From: Candidatus Lokiarchaeum ossiferum
GTDB taxonomy: Archaea > Asgardarchaeota > Lokiarchaeia > Sigyniarchaeales > Promethearchaeaceae
DNA: 32,000 nt
NCBI GenBank assembly: GCA_025839675.1
Contig: CP104013.1
Coordinates: 2,160,001-2,192,000, forward strand
Direction of reading: 5' to 3'
The translations under genes were made by a program, and so were the position numbers. Below are positions 8,421-17,492 of the stretch, piece by piece. The notes beneath the pieces are model-generated. The model was not told the DNA's origin and ran no database searches. It saw nothing but the letters and a program-made list of their open reading frames with translations. The number at the start of each line of letters is the position of its first letter. Position 1 is the first letter of the stretch.

Positions 8421-10330
8421 GCACCCACAATAGTAATAATAATCATGAATCAAATCAAAATTCTCGCCCCAGATCTGAAATGAAAATGCGTGGCCCTCGT
8501 CGAGGACCAATGGGCAGAGGACACGGGATGAGTGCAGGTGACAAGCCTAAGGATTTCAAGAAAGCACTAAGAAGTTTGCTCGTATATTTACGGGAATATC
8601 GAATTCTGATAATAATTTCGATTCTTTTTGCGATTGGTTCTACGATTGCTTCCATTGTAGGTCCCAAAATTTTAGGACGAGCCACAACTCTTCTCTTTGA
8701 AGGGGTGATGGATAATATTCGAGGAATAGGAGAAGTGGATTTTGAAGGAATTGGAAAAATAATCCTCACTGTTTTAAGTTTGTATTTAGGTTCTGCAATC
8801 TTTGCCTATGTTCAAGGATGGTTGATGGCGAACGTGTCAACCAAATTGTCCTATCGACTTCGTCAAGATCTTTCGAGAAAATTAAATCGAATGCCGTTGA
8901 AATATTTTGATGGGACAACTCAAGGGGAGGTCCTTTCAAGATTCACCAATGATGTTGATACAGTTAATCAATCAATGTCACAGAATTTAAGTCAATTAAT
9001 CACATCCGTTGCAACAGTAATTGGAGTGGCGATAATGATGTTATCGATCAGCTGGCAAATGACTTTAGTCGCATTAATAGTAGTTCCACTCTCGATGGTA
9101 TTTCTTAAATTAGTCTTAGGAAAATCCCAAAAGTATTTTGCTAAACAGCAGAAATATCTCGGTGATGTAAATGGCCATGTTGAGGAAATGTATGGCGGTC
9201 ATGTTGTTATGAAAGCTTTCAACGGTGAAAAGAAAAGCATTGAGACTTTTAGTAAACATAATAAAAATTTGTATGAAGTAGGGTGGAAAGCACAATTTCT
9301 CTCTGGATTGATGATGCCCATAATGATGTTTATTGGAAATTTGGGATATGTTGCAGTCGCCATTACAGGTGGATATTTATCAATTAATGGCGGCATAGAA
9401 GTGGGAGATATTCAAGCATTTATTCAATATGTGCGCAACTTCACTAGACCAATGTCTCAGTTGGCAAGCAGTTCCAATGCATTACAGCAAACAGCCGCAG
9501 CGGCCGAGCGAGTCTTTGAATTTTTAAATGAAGAGGAAGAATCGTTAGATGCAACGGAGAGTATTGCGATTGAAAATGTCAAAGGTTCCGTGGAGTTCAA
9601 AAATATTCATTTTGGATATAACCCTGATAAGATAGTCATCAAGGATTTCTCTGCAATTGCTCAACCAGGTCAAAAAATTGCAATTGTTGGTCCAACGGGA
9701 GCAGGAAAAACAACAATTGTAAAATTATTAATGCGATTTTATGAACTCAACGCCGGAGAAATTCTTGTTGATAATCAAAAAATAACTGAAATGAGCCGAA
9801 ATGATTTAAGGAAAATATTTGGCATGGTTTTACAAGATACGTGGTTGTATAATGAATCAATCATGGAGAATATTAGATATGGGAATCCTAATGCATCTGA
9901 TGAAGATGTTGTTAAAGCGGCCAAAGCCGCCCACGTTGATCATTTTATCCATACTCTCCCCGATGGGTATAATATGGTGATTAACGAGGAAATTACGAAT
10001 TTATCCCAAGGACAAAAGCAACTGCTAACTATCGCGCGGGTAATATTAGCCGATCCAGCAATTTTAATTTTGGATGAAGCCACCAGTTCTGTGGATACGC
10101 GAACAGAGGTCTATATTCAAAAAGCTATGGATGCTTTGATGGAAAATCGAACCAGCTTTGTAATCGCCCACCGATTATCTACAATCCGAGATGCGGATCT
10201 TATATTAGTGATGAATGAAGGAGATATTGTCGAACAAGGTAATCATGAAACCTTGATCTGTGCAAACGGGTTTTATGCGGATCTCTATAATAGCCAATTT
10301 GAACCCGAAGAAACCGTATCGTGTAATTAA
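8417..10330 (+). CDS. ABC exporter subunit B (fused permease + ATPase), carrying the consensus catalytic site
   Basis: ATGA start/stop overlap with the upstream gene (8417-8420). Walker A GPTGAGKTT, Walker B ILILDEATSSVD (canonical Glu), H-loop FVIAHRLST, non-canonical signature LSQGQKQLL. Basic Gly/Arg-rich N-terminal tail (RGPRRGPMGRGHGMSAGDKPKDFKK), which I recall as typical of this heterodimeric exporter family. Confidence 0.92.
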   Translation: MSTHNSNNNHESNQNSRPRSEMKMRGPRRGPMGRGHGMSAGDKPKDFKKALRSLLVYLREYRILIIISILFAIGSTIASIVGPKILGRATTLLFEGVMDNIRGIGEVDFEGIGKIILTVLSLYLGSAIFAYVQGWLMANVSTKLSYRLRQDLSRKLNRMPLKYFDGTTQGEVLSRFTNDVDTVNQSMSQNLSQLITSVATVIGVAIMMLSISWQMTLVALIVVPLSMVFLKLVLGKSQKYFAKQQKYLGDVNGHVEEMYGGHVVMKAFNGEKKSIETFSKHNKNLYEVGWKAQFLSGLMMPIMMFIGNLGYVAVAITGGYLSINGGIEVGDIQAFIQYVRNFTRPMSQLASSSNALQQTAAAAERVFEFLNEEEESLDATESIAIENVKGSVEFKNIHFGYNPDKIVIKDFSAIAQPGQKIAIVGPTGAGKTTIVKLLMRFYELNAGEILVDNQKITEMSRNDLRKIFGMVLQDTWLYNESIMENIRYGNPNASDEDVVKAAKAAHVDHFIHTLPDGYNMVINEEITNLSQGQKQLLTIARVILADPAILILDEATSSVDTRTEVYIQKAMDALMENRTSFVIAHRLSTIRDADLILVMNEGDIVEQGNHETLICANGFYADLYNSQFEPEETVSCN

Positions 10331-10342
10331 ATTCTGGTTTAC

Positions 10343-10351
10343 TTTTTTTTT
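10343..10351 (+). terminator. oligo-T run (T9) 13 nt after the ABC operon stop, putative archaeal-type terminator
   Basis: The sequence taaattctggtttacTTTTTTTTTattctttcc follows the stop at 10330. Oligo-T tracts are the established archaeal termination signal. No experimental support. Confidence 0.35.
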
Positions 10352-10517
10352 ATTCTTTCCTTATATTTTTAATTTAAATGACCCGTAGAGTCCCAAGAAA
10401 TAGAACAACAAAATTAATTTGAAACTTACCCTCTTAAAACCTATGGAGAAGAAGAGTTTATAGTATTAGTTGCACCTCTATGTAAAATTCCGAAAAACTT
10501 AATCGACCAATATTATT

Positions 10518-11366
10518 TTAACGTAAATCTTTTATCTTAAAGCCTTCCCCTGGACCATGAAATCGCCGATATTTTTCAGGATCAGCAGTTCGATTAAAAA
10601 TTTGAATCGCAGAAGAAGGGCATCGATTATAACACCGCATGCATGCAGTGCAGGATTTGTGAAAAATAAATTTGTCATCGAAATATTCTATGGAATTAGT
10701 TGGACAATCTTTCACACATAATAAACATTGAGTGCATTTAGATCGATCGACACTCCAATATTTGCTTATTAATGATATTTCTTTTTCTCCAAATATACGC
10801 TGTAACCATCCAACGAAAATTAAGAGCGGATTACGCCCTTCCATACATTTTTTTCCTTTACTTAAGCGTAATATTAGTTTTCTCATCTTCTTACGATTTC
10901 GGTTTTTTCGGCTTTCTAATTTCTCCATACTCACTGGATTATAACGGAAGAAAGGAACACTTAAATTGGAAGTCATTTGGAAATTCATGGCACCCTGAAG
11001 TTGCAATCCAAGTATTTTCATCTTTTTTCGGGGAACAAGCGCACCATCACCACTGAACAATGCCACAGAAGTTAGAGTATAACCCACCTTGCAAGCATTA
11101 GACAGTTTTGAAAAATCTAACTGCCCCAATTCATCCAAAAATTGCCACATTATTTTTGGTAGTGTTGATCCATAAATTGGATATGCGATTCCTATTGCAT
11201 CCGATTCATTAAAAACAGTCTTTAGAAACTCAGAATCATGAATAGCTTTGTTTTCTAAAGAATAATATTGTGCTTCGTGGCCCAACTCTTGAACTAGGCG
11301 AGAAAATTCTCGAGTCACCCACCATGTATTACCAGTGCCTGAAAAGAAAAAAGTGGTAAAACGCAT
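10518..11366 (-). CDS. flavodoxin-like domain fused to a 2x[4Fe-4S] ferredoxin domain (EFR1-type ferredoxin family)
   Basis: ATG start. The N-terminus FFFSGTGNTWWVTREF matches the flavodoxin-like FSGTGNT signature. The C-terminus has two cluster motifs, CTQCLLCVKDCP and CTACMRCYNRCP. Confidence 0.75.
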   Translation of the reverse strand: MRFTTFFFSGTGNTWWVTREFSRLVQELGHEAQYYSLENKAIHDSEFLKTVFNESDAIGIAYPIYGSTLPKIMWQFLDELGQLDFSKLSNACKVGYTLTSVALFSGDGALVPRKKMKILGLQLQGAMNFQMTSNLSVPFFRYNPVSMEKLESRKNRNRKKMRKLILRLSKGKKCMEGRNPLLIFVGWLQRIFGEKEISLISKYWSVDRSKCTQCLLCVKDCPTNSIEYFDDKFIFHKSCTACMRCYNRCPSSAIQIFNRTADPEKYRRFHGPGEGFKIKDLR

Positions 11367-11489
11367 ACTCTTCTGTATTTACATTAATTAAAAGGATTTA
11401 TAATAATTTCTATCAGATTCTCAGAGATATAGTAGAAGAGAAAAAAACGAATGAAATAATTCCATATTAGGTTAATTTAACAATGAGAA

Positions 11490-12215
11490 TTAATTAGATT
11501 CATTCAGCACTGGAATCACTTCAAGCAATAGACTAGCTTCTCGGTAAAGAGAAGCGAGATTTTTTGAATTTTTGGACTTCTGAGTAATTTTAACTAAACT
11601 GGAATGAGCATCATTATATTTCATGTCTCGAAAATCTTTTCGGGCTTGTAAAAAGTCTTCTAAAAGAGATTTGACATTCCGCATTTTCCGGACACTTGAA
11701 GAAACTTTCACAGCCCCTCCTTTATAGCAAATTGATGCAACATTATCTTTGATCAGTGGTGGAAAAGTTGAAAATTGAGACACAACCGCTTGAACTAAAG
11801 CCCGTTGGGTATCAAAACGAACTTCCTTGATTGCTTTATCGGTAGGAACATCGTTCGTTCGTCGCTGTTTGATTCTATTAATGATAAATTGGGAAAGAAG
11901 AGACAAACAAAATGCTCCAATAATGCTGATGAAAATAGACCAGAAAATACTCTGAATGGGAGAAGTAATCCAGATGAGTAATAAGGTTTGAATTATATAT
12001 ACTCCCAATTTCAATAATATTTCAAAACGATTCACTTTTATTTTCTGACCTAAAGTTTGTTCCATTCGATCAATTTCCTCAATGTTATCAACATGGATTT
12101 GCTGCAAGCGTTTAATAGCATCCTTATCAAGTTCAGTATCGGGAGAATTTCGAATTAAACGTGTCTTTTCAGAATCATTCTCGGATTTTTCTTTGGAATT
12201 TTTGTTAATTGCCAT
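11490..12215 (-). CDS. hypothetical membrane protein, translationally abutted to the surface-protein gene
   Basis: The ATG at 12215 immediately follows the TAA (12218-12216) of the upstream gene. That gene's terminal GAGGAGGAGAAA codons form an SD-like sequence. 241 aa: charged N-terminal region, a hydrophobic pair (LGVYIIQTLLLIWITSPIQSIFWSIFISIIGAFCLSLLSQFII), and a soluble C-terminal domain. No family recognised. Confidence 0.5.
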   Translation of the reverse strand: MAINKNSKEKSENDSEKTRLIRNSPDTELDKDAIKRLQQIHVDNIEEIDRMEQTLGQKIKVNRFEILLKLGVYIIQTLLLIWITSPIQSIFWSIFISIIGAFCLSLLSQFIINRIKQRRTNDVPTDKAIKEVRFDTQRALVQAVVSQFSTFPPLIKDNVASICYKGGAVKVSSSVRKMRNVKSLLEDFLQARKDFRDMKYNDAHSSLVKITQKSKNSKNLASLYREASLLLEVIPVLNESN

Positions 12216-15200
12216 TTATTTCTCCTCCTCATCTTGTTCAATCAATTCATCTGAATTAATTTCGTCTTCTCCTGTGTCCTCAATCTTATCATCTATGTCA
12301 TTTTCAGAGTCTTGCGATTTTAATTCGTCGGCTGTTTTTTGGGCTTCGTGAGATAAATTCTCAAATTCTGCTTCCTTTGCATCTTCAGAGATCTTCTGTA
12401 ATGTGCTAATGCTTTCTGATTTACTCCCTTCCCGAAAAGCCATGAAAGTAGATAAATAACTTAAAGCTAAAGCGTGATGAGTATTTAGCAATATGAGTTC
12501 AGCCTGATCCTTGAATTTCAAGTAATTATCAACCGCCTTTAGGACTAAATTACGAGTATTCTTGGGAATCTGGGCCCAATGATGTTTTAAGGCTGCAGCA
12601 AGATCTGTAGGAGACAAATTAGGAATGGACGCAATTGAGATTGGTGTCCCATTTGGCATTTCTAACAGTTTGAAACTTGGATCAGATTGCATTTGGGGAG
12701 GAGAATCATTTTTTATTATCCCTTTTTTATCACCCGTTGTCTCGATGCCAGTGGAATCGTTTTTTGGAGCAATATCAGAAGGAGTTGTGGATTTCGAAAC
12801 TCTATTTTTGATTGTTGTGACAATTTTGTCAACTGGAGTGACATTTGCTGCGGTGATTCCGATGGCTGTCCCTCCAACACTCATAAAGACTAAAACAACT
12901 GGGAGAATTGGAGGATCATTTGATTTATTTTCTTCAATTTCCACATCAACGGAAATTACATTTGAAATGGTGCTCGTACTACTCGAGTTCACTGCAACAA
13001 TGGTAAAATAATAAGACCCATTTGTTAAGCCAGATATAAAGTACGATGTCTGGGTAGTATTACCAATTGGATTTAATGATCCAATTGAAGAAATGGGTTG
13101 CGTAGACAGATAGACTTTATAGAATTCTGCTCCAGGAACCGCATTCCAGTGTAGAGTAATATTTCCATCAGTATCATAACCTATTTCATCCAGATCCGCA
13201 GGAAGCAATTCTGGAGGTGATAAAGGAGGATTTTCAACAGGTTCTATTGCGACTACAACTTGGATAGAATTAGAAGGTAGACTTTCACCAGATGCATTGA
13301 AAGCAGTAACCGCAAAGAAATAGGTCCCATTTGGATAATTAACAATATTAAATGAAAGTAATATTGTGTCGTGGAAGTTAGTTAAATTACCAACATCATC
13401 GATAGATGAATTAGATACATATAAATTGTATCCACTTACTAGGGGAACAGAAGACCAAGAAAGTGTGAAATTACCATCTGTATCGGGTGAGGTTATATCA
13501 TCTAGGATTGGAGGGGCAGGATCAAATTGAGGTTCAAAGAAATTAGTGAGATTCACAAAATATTCAGATGTGATTGGAAGATTATCAAAATTCAATCCAT
13601 AGGATATTTCTTCAGAAGAATTTAGTATACGTTGATATGGAGTATTGTACACACCATTTACCGCAATAGCTTCAGAATAGAAATCCAAGTAATTTGCCCA
13701 ACAATTTCCAATGTTCGTATTATTCCAATAATTTGTTTCTTGATTGTCATAAGTAATATTTCCCAAATAATTTCCAAAAATATGACTCCTTTGAGCCCCC
13801 ATTAGATTAAGATCATAATTTTTTGACATATTCACATAATTGAACGTAATATTGCAATCTTGGGTACTAAAAAACACAATATTAGAAAATTGTGGTTTTT
13901 CAAAATAATTCTTTGATATCAAATTATCATTTGTCCTACTTAAATACAGATTATTGGTATTTTCTGAAAATATATTAGATTCAATGGTTATATTGCTTCC
14001 ATATAATACTTCAAATCCATTTTGAGAATTTTGTGTAACATTGTTAAGTGAAAATATTCCATTTGTTAAGGCATAGCTCCATATTCCACGCGAATTGAAT
14101 TTGATTGAATTATCTTCAACCGTAAAATTTTCAGATGTAAATATATATAAACCTTGAGTAGAATGATTAGAGATTATGTTTCCAGTAATTTGACAATAAG
14201 AAGAGTAGAATAAAAGAATTCCATTGAAGCTATTATTGCATATTTTATTATTTCTTATTTCAATTTCAGTATTATCATTAATGTAAATTCCATCAGAAAA
14301 ATGATTTTCAATTCTATTATTTTCAACAATAATTCCTTCAACTGAGACTGCTTTTATTCCTTCTAATCCACCATTGGTGATATTATTCCCACAAATTGAG
14401 ATGTTAAAGGATCTATCTATATCTATTCCACTAATTCCAGATTTATCATAGCCATCATGATAATAGAAATTATTCAAATTAAAGTCATTATCTTCAATAG
14501 ACAAATCAAAAGCCGAGATTATATTTAAACCATATTTATAATTCAATGTAAAATTATTTGATATACAAGTTGTCTGATTTGAATTAAGAAGCCTCAAACC
14601 CTCTCCTTCAATAACTTCACCATCCCACTTGAACAATGAATTATTAAAAACGGTATTCGTATGAATACTAAGATCTTGACAATGGCTTGCGAGAATTCCT
14701 ATAGGTTTGTTAAAAGAAATGGTATTATTTTGAATTTGAGTATCATTGCAAGAATATAAATTTATTCCAGTTTGATTATTGGAAGTTATAATATTGGAAT
14801 CAATAAGTATTTGTGAAGAGTTAATTATTTCGAGACCACCATCAATTAAATCACCCTCTATCCAATCTTCACCATTATTTCCAAATTCACATTCAGTAAT
14901 ATTCACATTTGAACAATTATCTAAAAAAATACCTGAATGAAGAGCAGATTGAAAATTGCAGTTAAATATTTGGACATTTTGGACATTGGTTAGATTAAGA
15001 TTACTTTGGTCAGCACTATGGATATATAAATTTTGAATTAACAGATATTTGGTAGTGTTTTGAATCAGAAGGCCTACTGGGGATTTAGAAGCATTTATTT
15101 CATCAAAGGGCAATATATATGGATCTTCAAACGTTCCAATACCACCGCTAGAAATTTCATCCAAATCTACATCTCCTGTTATTATGTAGGATGCTGAGGC

Positions 15201-15350
15201 AATAGGAAAAGGAATCTCATCATTTAGACAATTCATTTTTTGGTTTTCTTTAGTGATTTCAAAATTAGAGTAATTTACAAAGCTCGAAAAAACTAAGTTA
15301 AAGCCAATAAGCACATAACAGAAATATAACATTTTTCTATATTTTGACAT
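12216..15350 (-). CDS. large cell-surface protein: signal peptide, right-handed parallel beta-helix (PbH1/NosD-like) repeats, 2x Fn3-like domains, TM anchor, cytoplasmic helical domain with acidic tail
   Basis: ATG start, 1044 aa. N-terminal signal/anchor MLYFCYVLIGFNLVFSSF. From aa ~95-535, periodic ~22-aa repeats of the form N..I..N.I..N...GI.L (nt ~13746-15068). Two tandem Fn3-like modules lie at aa ~611-700 and ~708-804 (DTDGNFTLSWSSVP..GYNLYV..GTYFFAVTAFNASGES and DTDGNITLHWNAVPGAEFYKVYL..GSYYFTIVAVNSS; nt ~12939-13520). TM segment ILPVVLVFMSVGGTAIGITAA (nt ~12843-12914). More than 30 N-x-S/T sequons by eye in the ectodomain. C-terminal tail DSENDIDDKIEDTGEDEINSDELIEQDEEEK. Confidence 0.8.
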   Translation of the reverse strand: MSKYRKMLYFCYVLIGFNLVFSSFVNYSNFEITKENQKMNCLNDEIPFPIASASYIITGDVDLDEISSGGIGTFEDPYILPFDEINASKSPVGLLIQNTTKYLLIQNLYIHSADQSNLNLTNVQNVQIFNCNFQSALHSGIFLDNCSNVNITECEFGNNGEDWIEGDLIDGGLEIINSSQILIDSNIITSNNQTGINLYSCNDTQIQNNTISFNKPIGILASHCQDLSIHTNTVFNNSLFKWDGEVIEGEGLRLLNSNQTTCISNNFTLNYKYGLNIISAFDLSIEDNDFNLNNFYYHDGYDKSGISGIDIDRSFNISICGNNITNGGLEGIKAVSVEGIIVENNRIENHFSDGIYINDNTEIEIRNNKICNNSFNGILLFYSSYCQITGNIISNHSTQGLYIFTSENFTVEDNSIKFNSRGIWSYALTNGIFSLNNVTQNSQNGFEVLYGSNITIESNIFSENTNNLYLSRTNDNLISKNYFEKPQFSNIVFFSTQDCNITFNYVNMSKNYDLNLMGAQRSHIFGNYLGNITYDNQETNYWNNTNIGNCWANYLDFYSEAIAVNGVYNTPYQRILNSSEEISYGLNFDNLPITSEYFVNLTNFFEPQFDPAPPILDDITSPDTDGNFTLSWSSVPLVSGYNLYVSNSSIDDVGNLTNFHDTILLSFNIVNYPNGTYFFAVTAFNASGESLPSNSIQVVVAIEPVENPPLSPPELLPADLDEIGYDTDGNITLHWNAVPGAEFYKVYLSTQPISSIGSLNPIGNTTQTSYFISGLTNGSYYFTIVAVNSSSTSTISNVISVDVEIEENKSNDPPILPVVLVFMSVGGTAIGITAANVTPVDKIVTTIKNRVSKSTTPSDIAPKNDSTGIETTGDKKGIIKNDSPPQMQSDPSFKLLEMPNGTPISIASIPNLSPTDLAAALKHHWAQIPKNTRNLVLKAVDNYLKFKDQAELILLNTHHALALSYLSTFMAFREGSKSESISTLQKISEDAKEAEFENLSHEAQKTADELKSQDSENDIDDKIEDTGEDEINSDELIEQDEEEK

Positions 15351-15613
15351 GTTTATCCCAATATTCTCATTAGGATCCTTTCAATTTATTAGTGTTTTGT
15401 TGCAAAGAATTAGTCAAATAAGTGTTTGAATAATTAGATAGATTGCTAAATTAATTACAGAATCAATTAATAAAGGAAAAAGCATGAAATCCCGAGGGTT
15501 TTGGATATTAAAAGCAGGATAAATAATCAAAAAAAAGTATTCAGTTTGCAGAAAAGAAAATTAAAAATACTTCTCAAACAATCAGATTTGGAATAACGGA
15601 AACCATATTAGTC

Positions 15614-15958
15614 TTATATAGTATTTTTAATCACATCCAGAGTACTTTTGGCATCTGGAACCATTTTATGGAATGCTTCTAATTTTTGACAAGTATATTC
15701 TCCACAATAAGCACAATTGTTGATATTTCGGGGTAATCCACATTTTCGCATTTCACAGACAGAACAATGGCTAAAAAGAACGCCGTTTTTTGAATTACAT
15801 CCTTCGCAATTAATATCCTCAGGCTTTATTTGCTCATTAAATTCCTTACTCCACATTTCTGCAGCCTTAATTCGAGCTTCATCATCATTCACCATTGTTG
15901 CAATATATGCAGGACAATCCGAGCATACTATCCCGCAGTAACCAATTATTTTTTCCAT
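15614..15958 (-). CDS. DUF3795-family Cys-rich (metal-binding) protein
   Basis: ATG start, 114 aa. GYCGIVCSDCPAY at the N-terminus plus CEGC, CSVCEMRKC and CAYCGEYTC match the DUF3795 pattern (CG..C..C..Y ... C..C). Confidence 0.7.
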   Translation of the reverse strand: MEKIIGYCGIVCSDCPAYIATMVNDDEARIKAAEMWSKEFNEQIKPEDINCEGCNSKNGVLFSHCSVCEMRKCGLPRNINNCAYCGEYTCQKLEAFHKMVPDAKSTLDVIKNTI

Positions 15959-16046
15959 ATTTATCTACCGCTTTCTATAAAGAATGGTATTTTTATCAAA
16001 TACATAGACGAATTTAAAAGAAAAGGGGTTCACATTTTTTCAATTT

Positions 16047-17264
16047 CTAATAATTGCTTGAATTGAGCTTTCGTTCAATGAAAAAAATGATGATCACAAC
16101 CACCATCCAGATGATGCCGATGGATAGATGAGTAAATTTGAACCCAATCCAATCCCCTAAGGCAGAAATCGCCATCTGCCCTAACGCAGCCATCATAAAC
16201 CCAACGGATTGGATAATCCCACTACCAAACCCACGGATATCATTTGGAATTAAATTGGTTATGAAAGTAGTATTAATCGGATCTTGAAGGGCAATAAATA
16301 CCGCAAACACAATGTTCACCACAAAATAGATCCAGAATGTATGAAAATAGGCAGTAAAAATCAAAGTAAATGCTAAAATAGCCGAGGAAAATATCATCAG
16401 TTTGAAATAATCCCATTTTTTTTCTATGCGCGGTGCGAGCATTAAACCAATAATATAGCAAAGTGTTAATGGGATCAATATTAAAGAGGTTTGAATACCG
16501 GTAATGGAATAATAATTTCGATAATTCCAAATCTGGTAGGTTAAGAAACCACTAAAGACAAACTGTCGCAATCCATGCATGAATAATCCAAATTTAAAAG
16601 GCAGTGACCACATTTCCTTTGTTTGACTTCGACTTATTTTCTTTTTTTCTTCAACAATTCTAATACGGTGTTTTTTTGGATTAGTTTCAGGTAAAATGAC
16701 TATTAGTAAGATAAACGCAATTAAGTTAAACCCAGCAGCCCAAAAGAAAAGAGCCCGAACACCAATTAAATCTGTGACAATTCCACCAATAATGTTTCCT
16801 AAAATGTATCCGATTGTGAGAGAAACCGAATAGAGAGACACAGCGTGAGTTCGTTCTGTCTCATCATAAAGATCAGTTACTGTTGCAAAAATAACCGATG
16901 AAAATGCACCCGCCCCTTGAACTGCCCGAAAAATAATCAGTTGAGTAATAGTTTGGGCAAATCCGGAAAGAAACAATCCTACGATATAAATGAACATCCC
17001 TAAAGCAATGAGTTTCTTCCGACCAAAACGATCTGATAAAGAAGCATTAGGAATTTGAAAAAAAGTTTGGACGAATTGGAAAATTCCGATGGTCACTCCA
17101 TAAAGAGCGAGTGTCCCCGCTAATTCTAAGATAAAATCGGGTAACCCGATTGTGAGCGAAGATCCTCCCATAGATCTTAAAATATTAACAAAGATCAAGA
17201 ATCCAAAAATGGTTTTTCGTTTGGATGCCGAAAATAATTTTTGAGGAAGTTCTACATTACTCAT
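16047..17264 (-). CDS. MFS-family transporter
   Basis: ATG start, 405 aa, about 12 hydrophobic helices. MFS loop 2-3 signature LSDRFGRKKLI (D-R-x-G-R-[KR]). Central basic loop (NPKKHRIRIVEEKKKISRSQ) between the two six-helix halves. Confidence 0.85.
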   Translation of the reverse strand: MSNVELPQKLFSASKRKTIFGFLIFVNILRSMGGSSLTIGLPDFILELAGTLALYGVTIGIFQFVQTFFQIPNASLSDRFGRKKLIALGMFIYIVGLFLSGFAQTITQLIIFRAVQGAGAFSSVIFATVTDLYDETERTHAVSLYSVSLTIGYILGNIIGGIVTDLIGVRALFFWAAGFNLIAFILLIVILPETNPKKHRIRIVEEKKKISRSQTKEMWSLPFKFGLFMHGLRQFVFSGFLTYQIWNYRNYYSITGIQTSLILIPLTLCYIIGLMLAPRIEKKWDYFKLMIFSSAILAFTLIFTAYFHTFWIYFVVNIVFAVFIALQDPINTTFITNLIPNDIRGFGSGIIQSVGFMMAALGQMAISALGDWIGFKFTHLSIGIIWMVVVIIIFFIERKLNSSNY

Positions 17265-17288
17265 TAGCTGCTCTAATTAGATGCTTGA

Positions 17289-17296
17289 TTTAAATT
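17289..17296 (-). promoter_or_regulatory. TATA-like box (minus strand ATTTAAAT) about 29 nt upstream of the MFS ATG; implies a leaderless or near-leaderless mRNA
   Basis: The minus strand reads ggaaaATTTAAATcaagcatctaattagagcagctaATG. The spacing is consistent with an archaeal TATA box centred near -26/-27. Prediction only. Confidence 0.3.
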
Positions 17297-17322
17297 TTCC
17301 GAATCCAAGCTCCGATTGAAAC

Positions 17323-17492
17323 TGAAATTATTTTTTTGAGCAAATTGGTTCGTTTTCCAATTACCAATTTCAAGGTTCAATTATAAATTCTTATTTTCGA
17401 GTTCTTGAAACTATTTTTTTGAGCAAATTGGTTCGTTTTCCAATTACCATTTTCAAAGCTCAATTATTTGTTCTTATTTTCGTCTTCTTGAA
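17323..17492. repeat. 83-bp tandem direct duplication (two units, 17323-17405 and 17406-17488, plus 4 nt of a third)
   Basis: By hand alignment 74 of 83 positions are identical, with no indels. Unit 2 contains the last 8 sense codons and the stop of the 17464..18222 gene. Unit 1 holds a degenerate copy of that gene end. Each unit carries the palindrome AATTGG-N8-CCAATT (17343-17362 and 17426-17445). Confidence 0.85.

Noticed and set aside
15351-15613. A 263-bp intergenic region upstream of the surface-protein gene, checked for RNA genes or regulatory repeats
   Set aside because: It contains only A/T-rich sequence with scattered TATA-like strings, and no repeat or structured element I could support.
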